Positions 41,894 through 56,135 of a stretch of DNA of 64,000 nucleotides are shown here, piece by piece (position 1 is the first letter of the stretch; every line of letters starts with the position of its first letter). A model generated the notes under the pieces. It was not told the origin of the DNA. It did no database searches and saw only the letters and a list, made by a program, of their open reading frames with translations. The DNA is from the human T2T-CHM13v2.0 reference genome, Homo sapiens. The stretch lies in NCBI RefSeq assembly GCF_009914755.1, contig NC_060930.1. The stretch is one strand, 5' to 3'. The position numbers and the translations under genes are program-made.

Positions 41894-43119
41894 TGTAAAA
41901 CAAGGGGAGAATTCTTTTCTCTGTATGTTTTGATTTTCTATTCTGTAAAATAGCTAGGATAGTGACTGCCTTTTCCAGCTGCAGTTGTTGAAAGAATGCA
42001 CTGAAGCCTTAATAGAATATACAATGTTCCACAAAATATAAATTGAAGAATAAACCTCTGAATTAAAATCTCCATAAATACATGAAGTGTTTATTTTTAC
42101 TCTTTAAATGAAATATTTCTTGAGTTCCGACTATGCACCAAACACTCCTATAAGTACTTAAAATGCATTAGTAAATGAAGCAGATAAAATAGTGACAACT
42201 TATTTTTACATACAATGTCATAACAGGGAAGAATGGTGAAAACCAAACCAGTTTTTAATCATCTGGGAAGCTGTAACCATGATAAAGCTACAACATGAAC
42301 CTAGGATTCAACCACAAAATTAAGGAAAAAGAAAAAAATTGTTGATCAGCACCAATTAGCAGGGCCTGGAAGTCCATAGGCAAGACTCGTTTTAAAAAGA
42401 GAGAGAGAGAGAGAGACTAATAGAGGCTTAATCTCAACCTTCCCAGTCTCCACCATTAATAAGACTAGCTTTACCATTTGGCCTTCTCAGTACCTCCCTG
42501 CTTGTATTCCCAAGGCTTGCAGTCTCTCAACACTATCTACAAAGAAAGTGTTTAGGCCCTATTTCTCTAATCAGGGATAATATGATAACTGGACCACTGA
42601 TTCCCATTACTCCCACTACTGCTCTTTGAGAATTTCTGTTCATTTGAAAAATATATACTGAGAGGCTCTTTAAGAATCAGGCATATAGTATGATATGGTG
42701 TGTGTGTGTGTGTAATATGTATGTGTGTATTTGTATATTTGTGTGCAAGGAAATTAACAATTTCCTTCTTAGATCAAAACATTGGTCTTCATATCACAGG
42801 TAGGTATCAGAATTAACTACAGGCTCTCCCAATACACCCACATATATTCTGATTCAGTAGATCTGAACAAGTGAAATTTGGAAAAGTAATTCTGGTAGAT
42901 ATACTGGATTCCAAATCATTGTATTAAAAACATAACTAGATTAAAAAATAATATAACAAAGCTTTCTCTTCCACCATGCTATCCCATCTCTGGCAAAATC
43001 TTCAGCTTATTTGATTAAAGTAAATGATGTGCATAATTTAGTGTTTATTTCATGCTCATTCATAACATAGGCCTTCATTTAAAGCACTGTGATATTTTAC
43101 TTTTATTATTACAATTCTA

Positions 43120-44325
43120 TAAATGAAAGAGACCTTATTCAATAAATGGTGCTAGGAAAATTAGATAGCCATATGGAGAAGAATGAAACTAGACCTGTAT
43201 CTCTCATCATATATAAAAGTCAACTCAAGATGGATTAAAGACTTAAATGTGAGACCTGAAACTATAAAGATTCTAGAAGAAAGCCTAGGAAAAACTCCTC
43301 TGGACATTGGCCTAGGGAAAGAATTTATGACTAGGTCTTCAGTGCAAATGCAACACAAACAAAAGTGGACAAATGGGACTTAATTAAACTAAAAATCTTC
43401 TTCATAGCAAAAGAAATAATCAACAGACAAGATACAGAATGGGAGAAAATATTTTCAAACTATGCATATGACAAAGGGCTAATATCCAGAACATACAAGG
43501 AACTCAAACAACTCAACAAGAAAAAAAAAATCCCATTAAAAAGTGTGCAAACATGTTTCAATAGAAGACATCTAAGTGGCCAAAAACATATGAAAAAATG
43601 CTCAACATCATGAATCATTAGAAAAATGCAAATTAAAACCACAACAAGACATCATCTTATATTAAAAGTCAAATAACAGATGTTGGCAAGGATGCAGAGA
43701 AAAGGGAATGCTTATATGCTGTTGGTGGAAATGTAAATTAGTAAAACCTCTATGGAAAACAGTATGGAAATTTCTTAAGGAACTATAAATAGAACTACCA
43801 TTCAACCCAGCAATCCCACTACTGGGTATCTACCCAAAGGAAAAGAAATCATTATATTAAAAACACACCTGCACTTGTATGTTTATCACAGCACTATTCA
43901 CAACAGTCATTAAATCAACCTAAGTGTCCGTCTGCAGATGACTGAATAATGAAAATGTAGCATATATATACCATGGATGCTCCTCAGCCATAGAAAATAA
44001 TAAAATCATGTCTTTTGCAGCAACATGGATGAAACTGGAGACCATTCTCCTGAGTGAAATAATCCAAAACAGGGTCAAAATACCACATATTCTCACTTAA
44101 AAGTGGGAGCTAAACAATAGGTACATATGGATATGCAGAGTGGACAAATAGATGTTGGAGACTCCAAAAGGTGGGAGGAGAGTAAGGACTGAAAAATGAT
44201 ATATTGGGTACAATGTTCACTATTTAAGTGATGGGTACATTAAAAGCCCAACTTTACCACTATACAATATAGTCACATAATAAATCTGCATGTGTACTCT
44301 CGAAACCTATTTTTAAAATTTTAAG
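43120..44325 (+). mobile_element. 5'-truncated L1 (L1PB/L1MA-type) ORF2 end and 3'UTR
   Basis: KVNSRWIKDLNVRPETIKILEE; DKWDLIKLK; typical 3'UTR. Confidence 0.92.
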
Positions 44326-45019
44326 AATTTTATTTTTTAAATCTTTAATTGTTTATAGCCTTGTTTTTCCTAAGTCATTCTAATGTAAAAGTGTACAATC
44401 AGAGAGCTATAACAATTGTAACTCAAATCAACTTGAATAACTATAATGGCAGGTGACAAAGTCATCCATAGCTTTGCTGAATAGAATGTTTTTAAGTAGG
44501 AAAGGGATGTAGGGCTTATAATACGTTACCTTTTCTATTCACAATTTCCATTCACATTGGTATGTGGCTCTGTTTATCTCTCCTGAACTGTCTAAGGCCT
44601 CTATGCACTGCTGCATTATTGTTGCTGCTTCATTAAAAGAAGCTGACAGGTCTCTCAGCATACCCTTCTATTAACATGCACTCCAGAATGCACAGGTTAT
44701 TTTCATTCTGATGAAAACTACATCACACTTGATCTGAGCTGTTCTCCCTGTAGAATAACAAAGCCAAAATACAAACACCCTTCCCCCATCCCCTCAATCC
44801 CTACCGCTTCTACTGTTCTTTTGGGTTATACTGAATCACCATCAGGTTTATTAATTTATTTTAAGGCAAAAGTAAGTAAGCCATACAGCATATTACAGCA
44901 GACACAAAAACTGTAATATATTTTCTATGGAAAATCCTGAATTTTAAAAGATATTTAGTGGGTTTCTAAGAAAGTGATAAAACAGCTGGTTTTTCTGAAC
45001 ACTAGGAACTAGGATTTTA

Positions 45020-45215
45020 TAGTAGAGAAAAATGGGCTGTGGAGACAGAACAATCTCGGTTTGAATCCTGGATCTTAGGCTAGAGTAATTTCATATTTGC
45101 CTCAGTTTCCTTAAATATAAAATAAGATTTAAATACCAGCCATTCAAGGTTGTTGAAACAATCAGTAATGACATAGAATAAGCTCCTAATACAGTCTGTA
45201 TATAATAACTACAAA
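45020..45215 (+). mobile_element. MIR
   Basis: GGTTTGAATCCTGG...GCCTCAGTTTCCTTAAATATAAAAT core. Confidence 0.65.
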
Positions 45216-45599
45216 TATGTCTACTAAATAAGTAAATGTCTGCATGAGAAAACATTTGTCCTCCAAAATATACATATTTCAGTGGGTAGATGGGTGAATT
45301 TTTTAAAAAACTGCACATATTATGAAAGCCCACTATATAGAATATGTTGTAAAGCATTACAAAACCATCCAGAGGGACAATATAAAGTCTTTCAGTTACT
45401 CCTCAAGTACTTTGTCTATGTACTATCAAAACCTAGAATGAATGATGGAGTAATTAAATGCATAGGTTATCTTCTTCCTATCTTCATTGAGGTTACAGGT
45501 ATATAATGAGTCATACTTTCTGAGGATGACCTTCAGGCTACTCATTAATTTTTCTTCCCCTTTTTGTTTTTGCTGGTAATTTACCAGAACAATAGATCT

Positions 45600-45720
45600 C
45601 TGAAGAAAAAAAGAAAGAGACAGAAAGGAGGAAAAAGATAAAGGAAGGAGAGAAAAAGGAGGATGAAGGAAGAGAGCACAAAAGAGGAAGAAGGAAAAAA
45701 ACGAAAAGAAAAAAAGAAGT
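45600..45720. repeat. Purine-rich (GA/A) low-complexity tract
   Basis: Seen directly. Confidence 0.75.
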
Positions 45721-46730
45721 CATGAATTTTTTTAAACTCTAAGATTTGGTTTAATCTGATTTAAGAACAAGCTGTGTTATAACTCTCCTTTATAAATTAG
45801 TTTTGTTGTTGTTTTTATCTTAACCAAATGATTGGTGGAGAATGACTTTAATAAGTTTATAAAGAAATTCATAACTTGGACTTGCTTTTTTATGAATTCA
45901 CTGTCATCTTTTCTTAATTATATGAGAAATACATGAATCCACCCTATTTGTAAAATATTCAAGTAATACACATGCCAAAACATGACATTATTCTGCTACC
46001 TCCATCTGTTCTAATTCTTTCTCACTATTACCAGTCTTTTCCCCATGCTCTAATATAAATATAAAAAATACATTCACATTAATACATTTCTTTTACAAAA
46101 ATGAGATCTTGTCATGTGTATTGTTCTGGAACCTTGATTTTTACACTTTGCTAATCTTCCTAATCTTTATGGGCAAGGGTTACAATACACAACACTACAA
46201 TTAACTGACAATGTGTGTGATCTAAAAGTCCAAAAAGCTGGACTAATAAATACATAAGAGTTATCACAGTTTAAACTTCCAAATGTTCTCTCCTCACTCT
46301 TATGCCACTAATGTTCTCTGGCTTCCTTCACATTTTTATGTTGATCTTTTCTATTCTTCCATCATATTCTTATTTTCTGGTTTGATACAATCTATTTCTC
46401 TGAGACCTCAGGGACATTTGGGAAATTTCTCTCTATTGTTGCAAAGTAAACAGGTTTCCTAGAATTCCTATGCTAAATAAATCGCTACTATGTCCATGGC
46501 AAGACAGGTGCTGCAGTGGCACTTTGTGTGTATGTTACATGGACATTGCCCCAGCAATGGGGTTGCATATCAGAATCTGGAGTAGTGCAGAAAAGGCCAG
46601 TATCGTTAGAAACCAATGGGTATCTTATTTCATTGCTAGGGTCTATATTTATATTATATTAAATTTATTCTAAAATTTCAAACAATGTTAAATGTAGTTG
46701 TTGGATTTCTGTGTTAATCAAAAAGTGGAA

Positions 46731-47061
46731 AAAGGATGAGTTCATGTCCTTTGTAGGGACATGGATGAAGCTGGAAACCATCATTCTCAGCAAACTATCA
46801 CAAGCACAAAAAACCAAACACTGCATGTTCTTACTCACAGGTGGGAATTGAACAATGAGAACACTTGGACACAGGAAGGGGAACATCACAAACCGGGGCC
46901 TGTCATGGGGTCGGGGGAGGAGGGAGGGATAGCCTTAGGAGATATACCTAATGTAAATGACGAGTTAATGGGTGCAGCACACCAACATGGCACATGTATA
47001 CATATGTAACAAACCTGCACATTGTGCACATGTACCCTAGAACTTAAAGTATAATTTTTAA
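46731..47061 (+). mobile_element. Short 5'-truncated L1PA (PA3-PA5-like) 3' end
   Basis: GATGAGTTCATGTCCTTTGTAGGGACATGG...CCCTAGAACTTAAAGTATAAT; TSD AAAAAGTGGAA 46720-46730 / 47062-47072. Confidence 0.93.
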
Positions 47062-47354
47062 AAAAAGTGGAATTACCTAAATCACTGAGAAAAACTATGT
47101 GAGAAAGATTACCAAACAGAGTATTTATAACAAATGCAAGTTTTTGAGGCTTTAGACGTTGTTGGTGTATTCTGCCAATACTCCTTGGATTTACACATTT
47201 TCTATTAGCCATACTCTGAATTAGTTGAAAGGAAAAAAGTGGACTTTAATTGTGATTTTCGGTGTTCATTTGCTAAGAAAACTTTTAATCTACTAGAGAC
47301 CAATGGTGCTTCTGATCTTAATTTTGACATGCTTTCTAAATGGAGTTCATATAG

Positions 47355-47620
47355 AGCCATGGCTTAGTGCAGCATAATTAGACACTGCAAGTCAAGAAGC
47401 CTCGGGTTTAAATCGTGGCCCTTCTTACTCCCAGCTGGGTAACCTTGTTTGTATTACCAAATATCTTTAAGCTCAGTTTCCTCATTTGTGAAAGGGAATA
47501 ACAATGACACCTTCTTACAGGGTCGCTGAGTGAAATTTCACTAGATAAATAATTAAAGTTCCATAGCATCATGTCTGGCAAAAAAAAATGAACAAGTAAT
47601 AAATAGAGATATTGTTATGT
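47355..47620 (+). mobile_element. MIR
   Basis: GGGTTTAAATCGTGGC...CTCAGTTTCCTCATTTGTGAAAGGG core. Confidence 0.7.
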
Positions 47621-49021
47621 TCATTTTCTTCATATATTCTATTTTTAGTTTCCTTGTTATCTTACAATGAAATAGTACAATTCATTAATATATGCTATTT
47701 TCAAAATTGTACTGTTACTGAGAATCTGAAAATGTCATTTATTTAATATGAGTATTCTAGTTCCTTTAATGCAGCTTCAGAGTTTTGGGAGACTTCCTCT
47801 TTCTTTCTGTATTTTGCCAACACAGGCCACATCTCCTAGATACAAAGTGATGGTCACTTTGTTGTAGTTTTCAAGCATTGATATAGATGTATTATACTCT
47901 TCCCATAGAAAAAAAAGCAAGGGAGAAATTTCAGCAGTGACAAATTTTAATTTTTGGAAAAATCGATAAACAGAAATAAATGTCAACAAAATGTGTTCAA
48001 TGTATACATCAAAAAGAAGCAAGGTAAATAGAAAGGAAGTATAATATGGCAGGGCCAGAAAAGTAACAGGAATATCTGTGACACTATAATATCCTTCTCT
48101 TGAGAAATGAACTGCATCAAGTCAGCCTTGAATATTTACACAACCTCTCATCTGGTGTACTATGGGGACAAGAAGAAGCTCATGACCAAAACTATGCCTT
48201 CAGTTGCCTGTCACATTGCCTGAAATGTCACTATTAGAATTTTTATATTTGTTCTTTCTTAAAAAGCAATGTCCAGGGAAGACAACACATCATAAGTTAT
48301 TCTGAGTCTTTGCATAAGAGAAAATGATTAAAGCAAATTTAGAGTAACGCACTTTGGGTACAGCAAATAGGCTAGGTATCTAAAAAAGAGGAACAAAGGT
48401 TTCTGGCATGGCAAGTTAATGTGTGTATGTGTGAGAAGTGAAACTGAAAAGCTAGATGAGGGAAATGATTATTTCTAAGATAAAAGTTAAAATAGCCAGA
48501 AAAGGCAGCATTTTTTTCTCTTTCACTTAAGAAAATGACCTACAAGCCATTGTTACACCTGAGCCCTCCAGAACAGAATTGTAACCGCATCTATCTTCAC
48601 TGATAAGAGAAAATTTATCAGAAACTCAGGAGTTGGGTAACCTTGCAAGTATTGCTACAGCTATAGGCTCCCTGATTTATGGCAATGTTAGGAAGCTGGG
48701 CCTTTTCCTTTCTGAAGTACTGCAACATGCTATAAAAGGGCATTCTGAATCACAAGGCATAAAACAGCATGTCAAGGGAGGGATATTCCAAGTCAGAAAT
48801 AATGGCGATAAATCAGGAACAGTGAATGTGGCTATATGGTTTTATTTTGTTAAATAAAGTCTTTGCTACACTTTTTAGTATACTCTGTTGGAAACTAAAC
48901 CCATGACAGTTACATGCAACTGGAGGGATTGGCCTTTTTAATAAGTATTATCTCAAAAATGATACACTATGCTGCACTCCAATATTGGAGAAGCAAGTGA
49001 ATATTTTGAAGGGATATGTAT

Positions 49022-49087
49022 TTTCAAGGGCTATCTATATCTATATCCATAGATATATATGGATATAGATATAGATAGCCCTTGAAA
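49022..49087. repeat. 66-bp near-perfect palindrome (30-bp perfect arms)
   Basis: TTTCAAGGGCTATCTATATCTATATCCATA (49022-49051) is the exact reverse complement of 49058-49087. Confidence 0.95.
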
Positions 49088-49144
49088 TGTAGAGATATAT
49101 GTGTATATACATATATATATACCTATACACATTTATCTCTACAT
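49087..49144. repeat. Inverted repeat, 21-bp arms (1 mismatch), 16-nt spacer
   Basis: ATGTAGAGATATATGTGTATA (49087-49107) versus TATACACATTTATCTCTACAT (49124-49144). Confidence 0.9.
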
Positions 49145-50269
49145 GTGTCTTTGATAATTTAACTGAAGTTTGCTCTTATTTTAAAAATAAACTATAGTTT
49201 ACCTGTAAATATATAGATATAAATAAGCTGATTCAATTGTTAATTCTCAGTGGGACTTGTGTGTGTGTGTATGTGCACATGTTTTAATTTTTAAATTCTC
49301 AAAACGTAAAACACAAATTTAGTACAGGAAGTTCAAAGTATAATCAATCATTGAATAAATCAGGCATGAATACTAATACTTTCCTAAAGAATATTCTTAA
49401 TATCTTGATTAGAATTGAATCAATGTTAAAACTGTTTCTCTATTGTTTATCAGATTTCAGAGCAGTTCAATACTTGAATAGTTACTTGTAAATATTTGTA
49501 AAATTTTGAAACTCAAATAATCATGGAGTACAAATGGCCATCTGTGTTGCCATTCATTACATCCTAGGGTAGACCCTTGGTTGTCAGAGCTTTAAAATTT
49601 ACTATATTGAGTACTTATAAGTGACCTGAAAGTCCACGATGTCAAATAATTTTCAGTTTGTCCATGGCATAAGTTGCCACGTCTCAGCTTTCAGTGCCCT
49701 AAACCAAATGCTCCTGTGGCTTCATGTGCTCTTGGCTGTAACTCACATGTTTGATGTTTATATGTGGAAAAGAACCCTCTCCCACAAAGTAAATAATTCA
49801 ACAAGCAGAAGCCAACTGCTAGTACTTGTGAGGGTAATAAAGAGAATGAGGAAGAGGGCTAATTAATTATTAGACTTAAATCAGAAGTTTGAGATAAATA
49901 AAAAACTGGAATTTTCAATGACACTGAATTATGTTTATTATTTTACTATGTACTCTGCACACACACACAAAAGCAAAAGTGGTTTGCAAAACTTGTCCAG
50001 TCTTCCAACTAGTGCACAATTGTCCATCAATTTATTTATCCTCAATTCAGACAGAAAACTGGAATCAAAATGGAAAAGATGATAATTTTATGCTGTAAAA
50101 ATGTGCAGTTATCAATGATTCTCAATGGAAGAGTAATACACATGAAAAGCTTTTACAATTTCTTCATGTTTGTGATTTTGAGGTATCATGAAGGAATCTG
50201 ATCGATGTATCTTTCACAGACGTCAATGTGAGAATAGCCTTTTCCTTTCTTTTGAAGAGGGAAGGTGGC

Positions 50270-50475
50270 ATAAGAAAAGTTTATGCCCTAAAGAATCAAA
50301 TAAACCTAAATTCTAATCCAAGCATCACTTTTGTATTAGTCATGGAAACTTCAATAACTACTTAACCTCTTTAAGTCCTAGTTCCCCATCTGAAAATGTG
50401 ACTAAAAATTGGTCTGAGTATTAAATGAAGTAGTGCATCCAAATTGCCTGAACATGAAAGCATTAAGTACAGTGT
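50270..50475 (+). mobile_element. MIR
   Basis: ACTTAACCTCTTTAAGTCCTAGTTCCCCATCTGAAAATG core. Confidence 0.6.
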
Positions 50476-51955
50476 TTTTGTTTTTTAAGGCAAGTGGCAT
50501 CCTCTCGAAATCTATCCTCTAAATCTGTCTACTAATGGATTCTGTATTACTATCCATCAGTAGACAGTTGTGGCATATCCAAAATTGAAGGTACAGTTTA
50601 TGGCCATGAGTCATGTATAAAGTCTTATCTTCCAAGGTAACTAATTCATCAATTAATTATTGATAACACTTTTAAGTAATAACTAGCCAGGTAAACCAAT
50701 AATTACATGAATTTTTAAAAAGCAGTTAGAGTTAATTCATAAAATAAATTTTTTCATTTATTATTCAAATTCCAAAGCCTGTTTATTTATTCATTGAAAT
50801 GTAGTAAGCCACTTAATTAGAATGTTGCTCAAGAGCTATAAAAATGAATCTTTGTGTCTGTTTTACATATAAATAAAATTATAAATAAAATGAAGGCCCC
50901 ATGAATATTCTAATACATTCTAATAAAATAAAAATATTTTATCTATTAGTACATTTTAAAATAAATTACTGTAATTATTTATTTATGAACTACAACTTAG
51001 GGAATTAATTAGTAAGAGAAAAAGAGGAAATTCAATTAATCGATCAGTTTTTTTTGTTCTGCTTTTGATATTAGCTAGCATTTCATCTTCAATCATTACA
51101 AAAATATATACTGCTTTTACTGAACTATAGTTTGGTATAAGGGATATTTTAAATTATGATTTTACTCTACAGCTTACTATAAATAAGAAATCTTAACTTC
51201 ATACCTTACCTTTTCAAGATGTTTTTAAAACTACCTGTTAAACAAAACTTTCTATTTTAATGTACTGATTAAAATAACTTTTTCCCCTGTTCTCAGTAAA
51301 TCACTTGCTTTTCTTTGTAGTCCATCTTCAAAACTTGACATTTATCATCTTTTTAAGAAGATAGATTTAAAAAAAAGATACAGATCACATTTGCATGAAC
51401 TCTCCATGATATGGTTTATCAACATGAATCAATCAGGGAATCAATAGGAGGTGATAGAGAAGCTGGGAGAGACTGGCACTCTGTTAAGTACTAGAATAGG
51501 AAGCCATTAAAGGAATTAAATCCAGAGATAAGCTAAAATTATGTATTGCACATTCTAATCTATATTCAGAATAATCTTTTAGTACTAAATCAAAAGGAAG
51601 CTCTGAACAGAAAATATATCAACTAAATAAGCTTTTGCTGTTTATACTGTAACAGAATATTAAAAACACCTCTGCTGGTCAGGTTGAAAACAAAGGTTGC
51701 TAAAATAAGCAAGGTTTCAATGTCCTCCCTCCATATGATTCAAGGCAACATAAATTGTTGCACAAGCACAAAGGTATTTTTGAATACATTACTGCACACA
51801 GATTATTTTGAAACTATTGTGAGCAATTTATTGGTTTTTCAAAATATGCCTTATTACTTTGAAGTTGTATTTTAAACAAACCCCCATTTATAAAATTTGC
51901 TAATATGGCCTTACTCTTCAGTACATGTTATTGATAATATTCAATCTTAACCTAA

Positions 51956-52220
<265 letters not shown>

Positions 52221-53743
52221 TAATGAAATAGATTTATAAACTAATCATTGGCTACCATTTAAAATGAATGAGTTTATTGATAACCTACCTCCTTCCTAAA
52301 AGCATTTGCGAAGGTCTAGGAACAATAACATGGAAACAACTAAAAGCAATAGAAAACTAAAAATTAAATCTCAAAGGAATGACTGGCTTAGGAAAACTGC
52401 AGATATTAAGCTCAAAGCTAAATTCTGAAACTCTTATTAGGAGGAGTGAAATAAGCAAATGCTGAGTTACTTTTCCACAGCCATTGGGGGAAGAAAGTCT
52501 TAATTCCTGTATGGAAGCAATTAAATAGTTTGCATATGTTCAATGAATTTGGGAAAATAGAAAAGAAAGAAATGTTGTGTGTACATAAGTTTTACTAAAT
52601 AAGGCAATGCTATGAGGTAGGGCTGAAATCAGTAGAGAGAAAGAGGATCTAGAGATAAAGCATCTCAAGGCCTTAATTTAAGAACAATTAAAAGTTGACA
52701 TATTGTTTGATCAAAAATTTGACAAGGGATAAATAGTAAACAAATCCGCACAAGGAACCAACCAAGAAACTCAAGTTAAGGTATTCTATGTTTTGTTTGA
52801 AAGAAAATTTGTTAGATGCCAAGTATGTGGACACTCCTGGTTGTGTTTTATGGTAAAAGATATGTTTTAATTATCTGAAGTGCCCACTTGAATTCTTGTC
52901 TAAGTGTATGGAGATAGCCTATAGGAATTTATATAAAAGCTATATTTTTTGCCTGCAAAGTAATTAGACAGTTCATATTATCAATTAAAATATCAAAGGT
53001 CAATATTGTTAATATGAACAAAATAACCTTGAATGATCATTTTTAATGAAGGAAGTTATCAAATGTCACCTCTACCTCTGAGAAAACAAAATTGAGTTCT
53101 GTAACATCTGGACACATATTATCTTTCTTCCTCTGACACAAAGGAGATAATAACCCTTCTTGTAACCAAGACCAAATTTTCACATGTGCCAATGGATCCC
53201 ATCCTCTCCCACATTCTCCAAGACTATACACTATCAATTATTTCTTTCTTTCATGCATCATCCTCTCTCTCTCTCTTTTTTACTGATTCTAGTGGTTTTG
53301 AACAATAATATTCAACATCCTTTAGTTTCTCTATTATTGTTTTTAACTTTCTTTTGTTTTCCCACATCTTACGTCAGAGATCTCTCCCTTTTCTTTTTGT
53401 AGGCAGCTTTGAGTTTTGTGTTGGGAAAACATGAAGCAAATTGATCTAAAGACGTCTATTTTTATATCTGAGTTCAAGAAAAGATGGGTCAAGATTTTCA
53501 AAACAGTTGGTAAGTTTGGAACAATATAGAGACTGAAAATGAGCTTACTAGAGATGTATATTAAGGTTGTTGAGCTATCAAAGTGATTGTACCTGGCATC
53601 AGCCTTTTCATTCTAATGAGTGTATCTGTTGAGAACTAAATGTGTCTGGTAAGGAATGAAACAAGTGAAAATATTCTATTTAATGAAAATGTAATTTTCC
53701 TTGTGAAAACTAATTTTAAACTTGTGATTTCAATAAATAACTT

Positions 53744-54127
53744 TGTATTAATCTGCTCCAGCTCCCATAACAAAATACCACGGATTTTTGGCTTATACAA
53801 TAGACATTTATTTTCTCACAGTTCGGGAGGCCAGAAGTTCATGATCAAGGTGCTGGCAAATTCAGTTTCTGGTGAGGGCTCTCTTCCTGGCTTGTAGATA
53901 GGCACCTTATCACTGTGGCTTCACCTGGCCTTTCCTCTGAGCTCATGTGGAGAGCTCTCTGGTATCTATTCTTCTAAGGACACCAACCCTATGGCATTAG
54001 GGCTGAACCTTATGACCTTGTTTAATCCTAATTACCTCCCTACATGTCCCTTCTCTAAATTCAGTAATTTTGGGGGTTAGGGCTCCACTATATACATTTT
54101 GGAGGAGCACTATTTTGTCTACAAACA
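53744..54127 (-). mobile_element. MLT1A-like MaLR solo LTR
   Basis: TGTATTA...ATAACAAAATACCAC...CTCACAGTTCGGGAGGCCAGAAGTTC...GGGGGTTAGGGCT. Confidence 0.82.
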
Positions 54128-54368
54128 TCTTGAATCTGTTTTAATTTATACTTCTACATTTGAACATATTTAAATATCAACCAAATAGTTATTACTGATA
54201 ATCAATTGTTTTCTAAATTTTATATGACTGAGTTGAATATATGCTCCTTCACTATTTTACTTCCATATGAACATTTCAAATGTAAATTATAGGCAGTGTA
54301 ATTATGTCATTTTAAAAAATGTGACTTTGCATTCAAAAGGCAACAACACATTTTCTGGATTGAGATAT

Positions 54369-54776
54369 TGTATTAGGTTGTTCTTGCATTTATATAAAGC
54401 AATACCTGAGACTGGGTAATGTATAAAGAAAAGAAGTTTGATTGGCTCATCGTTCTGCAGGCTGTACAGGAAGCATGGTGCCCACCTCTGCTCAGCTTCT
54501 GGGGAGGCCTCAAGGAGTTTGCAATCATTGCAGAAGGTAAAGGGGGAGCAGGTGCATCACATGGTGAAAGCAGGAACAAGACAGAAGGAGTGAGGGGCAG
54601 GTGCCACACCCTTTTAAATGACCAAATTTCTCAAGATCTCACTACCACAACGACAGCACCAAGTGAGGAAGGATCTGCCGCATGATCCAAACACCTCCCA
54701 CCAGGACCCACCTCCAGCACCGGGGATTACAATTCAGCATAAGATTTGCGTAGGGACAAATGTCCAAACTATATCA
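54369..54776 (-). mobile_element. MST-family MaLR solo LTR
   Basis: TGTATTAGG...CCTGAGACTGGGTAAT...CCAAACTATATCA; TSD GATAT/GATGT. Confidence 0.88.
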
Positions 54777-54856
54777 GATGTGATCTCACCCAAACAGTGC
54801 TAAGAGAAGGAAAACACAGCAGAGGTAGATTTAGGATGAAATACAGAGGTGCAAGA

Positions 54857-55277
<421 letters not shown>

Positions 55278-55689
55278 AGAGGTGCAAGAAAGACAAAGTT
55301 ATTTGTGGGATACATACAAGTTCCAACTGCCAATTCCAATCTATTCCTAATACGAATCCCAGCCCTAGGAGCCCACAGAATCCTTCTACAAATCCTCCTT
55401 TACAATTAAGCTTACTAAAATTCTTGCTACTTATACTGCAGATTTCTAGCTAAATCATTTTTATGGACAAGATTTTCAAAAGAGTTGTTTCTACAAGCTG
55501 TCTCCACTTGCTCACCTTACAGCATTCAAAGAACTGCAGTTTCTCTTCCTCTTACATTACTTAAGCAACATAAAGGTCAAATGGAGCATCATTTATTATA
55601 CTCCATCAATAATTCAAAATCATGTCACATTTTAGTTTGCTTCATAAGTAGATTATTAACATTCTTTCACAGGATTTTATTTTACTTGG

Positions 55690-56135
55690 AGTTTCTACTC
55701 ACACTGACCTCTCTTCTGTTCCTAAAACATGCCAAGCATGTTCCTTTCTGAGGCTCTGAGAAGGAATGCTCTCTTCATTTAAACCCACGAACCCCAACCA
55801 CACTCATGCAAGCACACTGTCATCTTGCCATGGTTAATACCCATTCACCCTAAATTCTCAGTTTTAATATCACTTGAGGCCTTCTACACTGAGACCTTCT
55901 CGGACTCCACCCACATGAAGCTCCCCTCTTTTACTCTCATGACATGCTACATTTCTTCATGGAAATGTTCACAGTTCATAGCTGCAATTTAATTTCTTAA
56001 TGTTTGTCCAAACTTCTACCTACCCATCATCCATTAGAATATTGTGTATCCCCTGAGGAAAGATGCTGTCTATTTTGTTAACATTATATATTCTATACAT
56101 TTTTCCGAGCTCATGCCTAATAAATGGCAATAATT
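55690..56135 (+). mobile_element. L2 3' fragment
   Basis: CACACTGACCTCTCTTCTGTTCCTAAAACATGCCAAGCATG motif. Confidence 0.55.
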
